From: an uncultured delta proteobacterium
GTDB taxonomy: Bacteria > Myxococcota > Myxococcia > Myxococcales > Myxococcaceae
Reading direction: 5' to 3'
Length of the DNA: 62,841 nt
Assembly (NCBI GenBank): GCA_963796055.1
Contig: CAWCKH010000007.1
Location: 1-62,841 of the forward strand
Part shown: in pieces, positions 60,527-62,841 of the stretch
Numbering within the stretch: the first letter of the stretch is position 1
How the letters are laid out: every line of letters starts with the position of its first letter
Notes under the pieces: model-generated
Databases searched by the model: none
Seen by the model: only the letters and a program-made list of their open reading frames with translations
What the model was told of the DNA's origin: nothing
Made by a program: the position numbers and the translations under genes

Positions 60527-61987
60527 CTATCGGGATGGCCGCGGCCCTGGCCACACCGACACGTCGTCGACCTCTCCTGTGGCCTCGTGAACGCCGTAGT
60601 GATCGGCGAGCTCGGCTCCACTGACGGATCCCGTGGCGCTCTCCTTCAGCTCTGGAAGCATCGTCGAATTCCAGGCATTCCACTCCCCTACCATCCGCTC
60701 GAAAATCTCAGGTCGGCGCTCCTTCAGATTGACCCGCTCGAGCGGATCGTCGACCACATTGAAGAGAAAAGTGTTGCCCAGGATCTTCAGGAGCTTGAAG
60801 TCTCCATCGCGAGCGGCGCGCTGGGCATTCGCTTTGTATCGCCAGAACAGCTTGCGGGGAAAGGGAGGCGCGTTCTGTATCAGCGCCGGAAGCAAGCTCA
60901 TGCCGTCCGTTGGGTAGGCGGGATCCGGTGAACTGCCCGCGGCGGCGAGCAGTGTCGGAAGCCAATCCATGCTGATCACGACCTGTTCGTGCGTGCGACC
61001 CGCCGGGATGTGACCAGGCCAACGAATCATGACGGGAATGCGCAAGCCACCTTCCAGCAGCTCCCCTTTCTTGCCCGTGAACGGCCACGTATTGGAGAAG
61101 CGCTCACCGCCGTTGTCGCTGGTGAAGATGACGATCGTTTCGTCCTGCAGCCTGTTGGCCTCCAGAGCCTTGAGCACTCGGCCGACTTGAAAATCCAAGC
61201 GCTCGACCATCCGTCGGTACGTCTGCTGTGAGCCGCCGTCGAAATCGAACAGGCTCTTTCGAGCGAGGCGGCGGGACTCGGCCTCGTCGCCCGGCGCCTC
61301 CCATGGCCAGTGGGGGGCGCTGAAGTGAAGACTGAGAAAGAAGGGCGCGTCGGCCTTTGCGTAGTGGCGGATGACCTTGACGGCCCGGTCGCCCAGCAGA
61401 TCGGTCAGGTAGCCGTCGTCGTGCGTCGGAGTGTCGTCGTCCCAGAAATCATCCGTATGCCTGGTTCCGGTGTGGGCGAAGTAGTCGACCGCTCCACCGC
61501 GAAAGCCGTAGAAATGATCGTAGCCGCTCTTCGCGGGACCGAAGTCCGGCAGCAGCCCCAGATGCCATTTCCCGATCAGGGTGGTGCTGTAGCCGACCCG
61601 CCCGAGGAGCGACGGAAGCGTCGGATGCTCGGGCGGCAATCCGATGCCATGCACGTCGCGCAGTGGCTCTTCGAGACCGATGCGCAACCGATATTGGTAC
61701 CGTCCGGTGATCAGCGCCGCCCGGGTCGCAGAGCAGACGGCGGAGTTCGCGTAACCCTGCAGGAAACGCACGCCCTCGGCAGCGATGCGGTCGATGTTCG
61801 GCGTGGAGATATCCGCTCGTCCATAGCAGGACACGTCGGCATACCCGAGGTCGTCGGCCAGGATGAAGACGATGTTCGGCCTGCCACGACCCCGAGCGCG
61901 CTTGGCCTGCGCAAAAACTGAGAGCGGCATCGCTCCCCCCAACAGCGCAGCCAGGGTAACGAAATCACGGCGGTCGATTCGCTTCAT
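60527..61987 (-). CDS. Tat-exported arylsulfatase
   Basis: DRRDF twin-arginine; PNIVFILADDLG, CSATR (CxxxR), GKWHLG, SDNG. Confidence 0.93.
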   Translation of the reverse strand: MKRIDRRDFVTLAALLGGAMPLSVFAQAKRARGRGRPNIVFILADDLGYADVSCYGRADISTPNIDRIAAEGVRFLQGYANSAVCSATRAALITGRYQYRLRIGLEEPLRDVHGIGLPPEHPTLPSLLGRVGYSTTLIGKWHLGLLPDFGPAKSGYDHFYGFRGGAVDYFAHTGTRHTDDFWDDDTPTHDDGYLTDLLGDRAVKVIRHYAKADAPFFLSLHFSAPHWPWEAPGDEAESRRLARKSLFDFDGGSQQTYRRMVERLDFQVGRVLKALEANRLQDETIVIFTSDNGGERFSNTWPFTGKKGELLEGGLRIPVMIRWPGHIPAGRTHEQVVISMDWLPTLLAAAGSSPDPAYPTDGMSLLPALIQNAPPFPRKLFWRYKANAQRAARDGDFKLLKILGNTFLFNVVDDPLERVNLKERRPEIFERMVGEWNAWNSTMLPELKESATGSVSGAELADHYGVHEATGEVDDVSVWPGPRPSR

Positions 61988-62474
61988 CGGCAAGGCTCCA
62001 GTGGGACTGCGCCGGCCACATCCGGCGGTGCGAGCTTCGCACATGCTTCGGGTCTCGCTACGAGGTCTGTTCCTGCGCGCCTTCGCCCTCGAAGACCAGG
62101 GTTGTTCTTCCTTGGACCTGAACCGCTCCCTTAAGAGCATGGCCGGGCCCATCCGCCTGGCCGAAGCCCCTCTCACATTGGCCTGCGGGCGGGCGGGGGA
62201 CCTCGCGGCGGACCTGAGGCAGGGTCTGCGCCACGCTCGGGGGCTTCGGCGGACGCGGCTCGACGCCGTTGCTCTGGGCGAAGCCGCGGATCGCGGGGCT
62301 CTCGTCGTCGGGAGCGTGACTTTCGTTGACAGGAATACCGTTCGTCGACGGACGCGCCGCGGGCATCGGGAGCTCGCGCGGGCGCGGCACGCTCCAGATG
62401 CGCCGTCAAGGTCGGTCTGCGCAGGTCAGGAGACCCGAGTCGGAGCTGCGTGACACGGTGCGCCCGGCGCCGTC

Positions 62475-62600
62475 CCGCGGCTGCGCAGCTTCACGAGTGC
62501 GGCGCGCGAGGCTTGGCTCAGCCGTGAGTCAGGCGATGCAGCAGCTCGAGGAGCAACTGCGCTTTGTCGTAACCCGCACGACACGCACAGTGAGCCTCGA
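62475..62600 (+). pseudogene. Degenerate LysR HTH remnant
   Basis: RSFTSAAR..SAVSQAMQQLEEQL..TRTTRTVSL. Confidence 0.6.
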
Positions 62601-62672
62601 GTCGAGCCGGCTTCGCGTGCGTCGCGCGTCGGTTCTGGGACCATCGCATCGCCGCAAGGTGCGAGATTCGTT

Positions 62673-62717
62673 GGGCGACCAACCGGGCTTGAACCGCTAA
62701 CCCCCGGAGCCACAGTC
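62673..62717 (-). repeat. tRNA-His(GUG) 3' half, copy 3
   Basis: GACTGTGGCTCCGGGGGTTAGCGGTTCAAGCCCGGTTGGTCGCCC. Confidence 0.8.
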
Positions 62718-62841
62718 TCGATGGACCCCGCGGAGTGAGACCGGATGGTCCAGATTTCGTCTGGTTCGGCCAGCACGGTCCCGGCGACTAAGGCCGCCCG
62801 TCCGACCCGCTACGGCACAAGGGAAGCACACGGCTGGTGCG

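Noticed and set aside
62058..62390. 110-aa ORF upstream of the sulfatase
   Set aside because: Pro-rich, no recognisable motif; cannot be supported
47282..62717. Functional tRNA-His genes
   Set aside because: All three copies lack the D-arm and the 5' acceptor strand

Overview
High-GC bacterial DNA, most likely Myxococcota (MYXO-CTERM-like sorting tail, Asp-Ala-Gly-rich secreted proteins, myxobacterial-type metal-uptake operon). Three zones: (i) 1-10.5 kb, a stress cluster (site-2 protease-CBS, CBS protein, PIMT/erythromycin-esterase fusion, tandem USP, BON, CdsA, ChaB, DoxX) with many frameshifts, probably indel errors near a contig end; (ii) 11.5-39.5 kb, mostly intact genes (TAXI-TRAP transporter, DapA-like lyase, CoA-transferase, VWA surface protein, two alpha/beta hydrolases, GFA, FGE, LysR-isochorismatase-M13, HYR protein, metal ABC operon, DUF1080 protein, Ser/Thr kinase); (iii) 39.5-62.8 kb, a mosaic accessory region. 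Zone (iii) holds a TPR-CHAT protease / three microproteins / ECF sigma / zinc anti-sigma module, about a dozen gene fragments (many of them 3' ends), a 173-bp duplicate of the fadD 3' end, and three direct copies of the 3' half of tRNA-His(GUG) that look like att scars, although no integrase or complete tRNA lies in the window. Several sigma-54-type promoters precede the stress genes. All calls come from visual motif recognition, with no database searches; starts and fragment boundaries are approximate.
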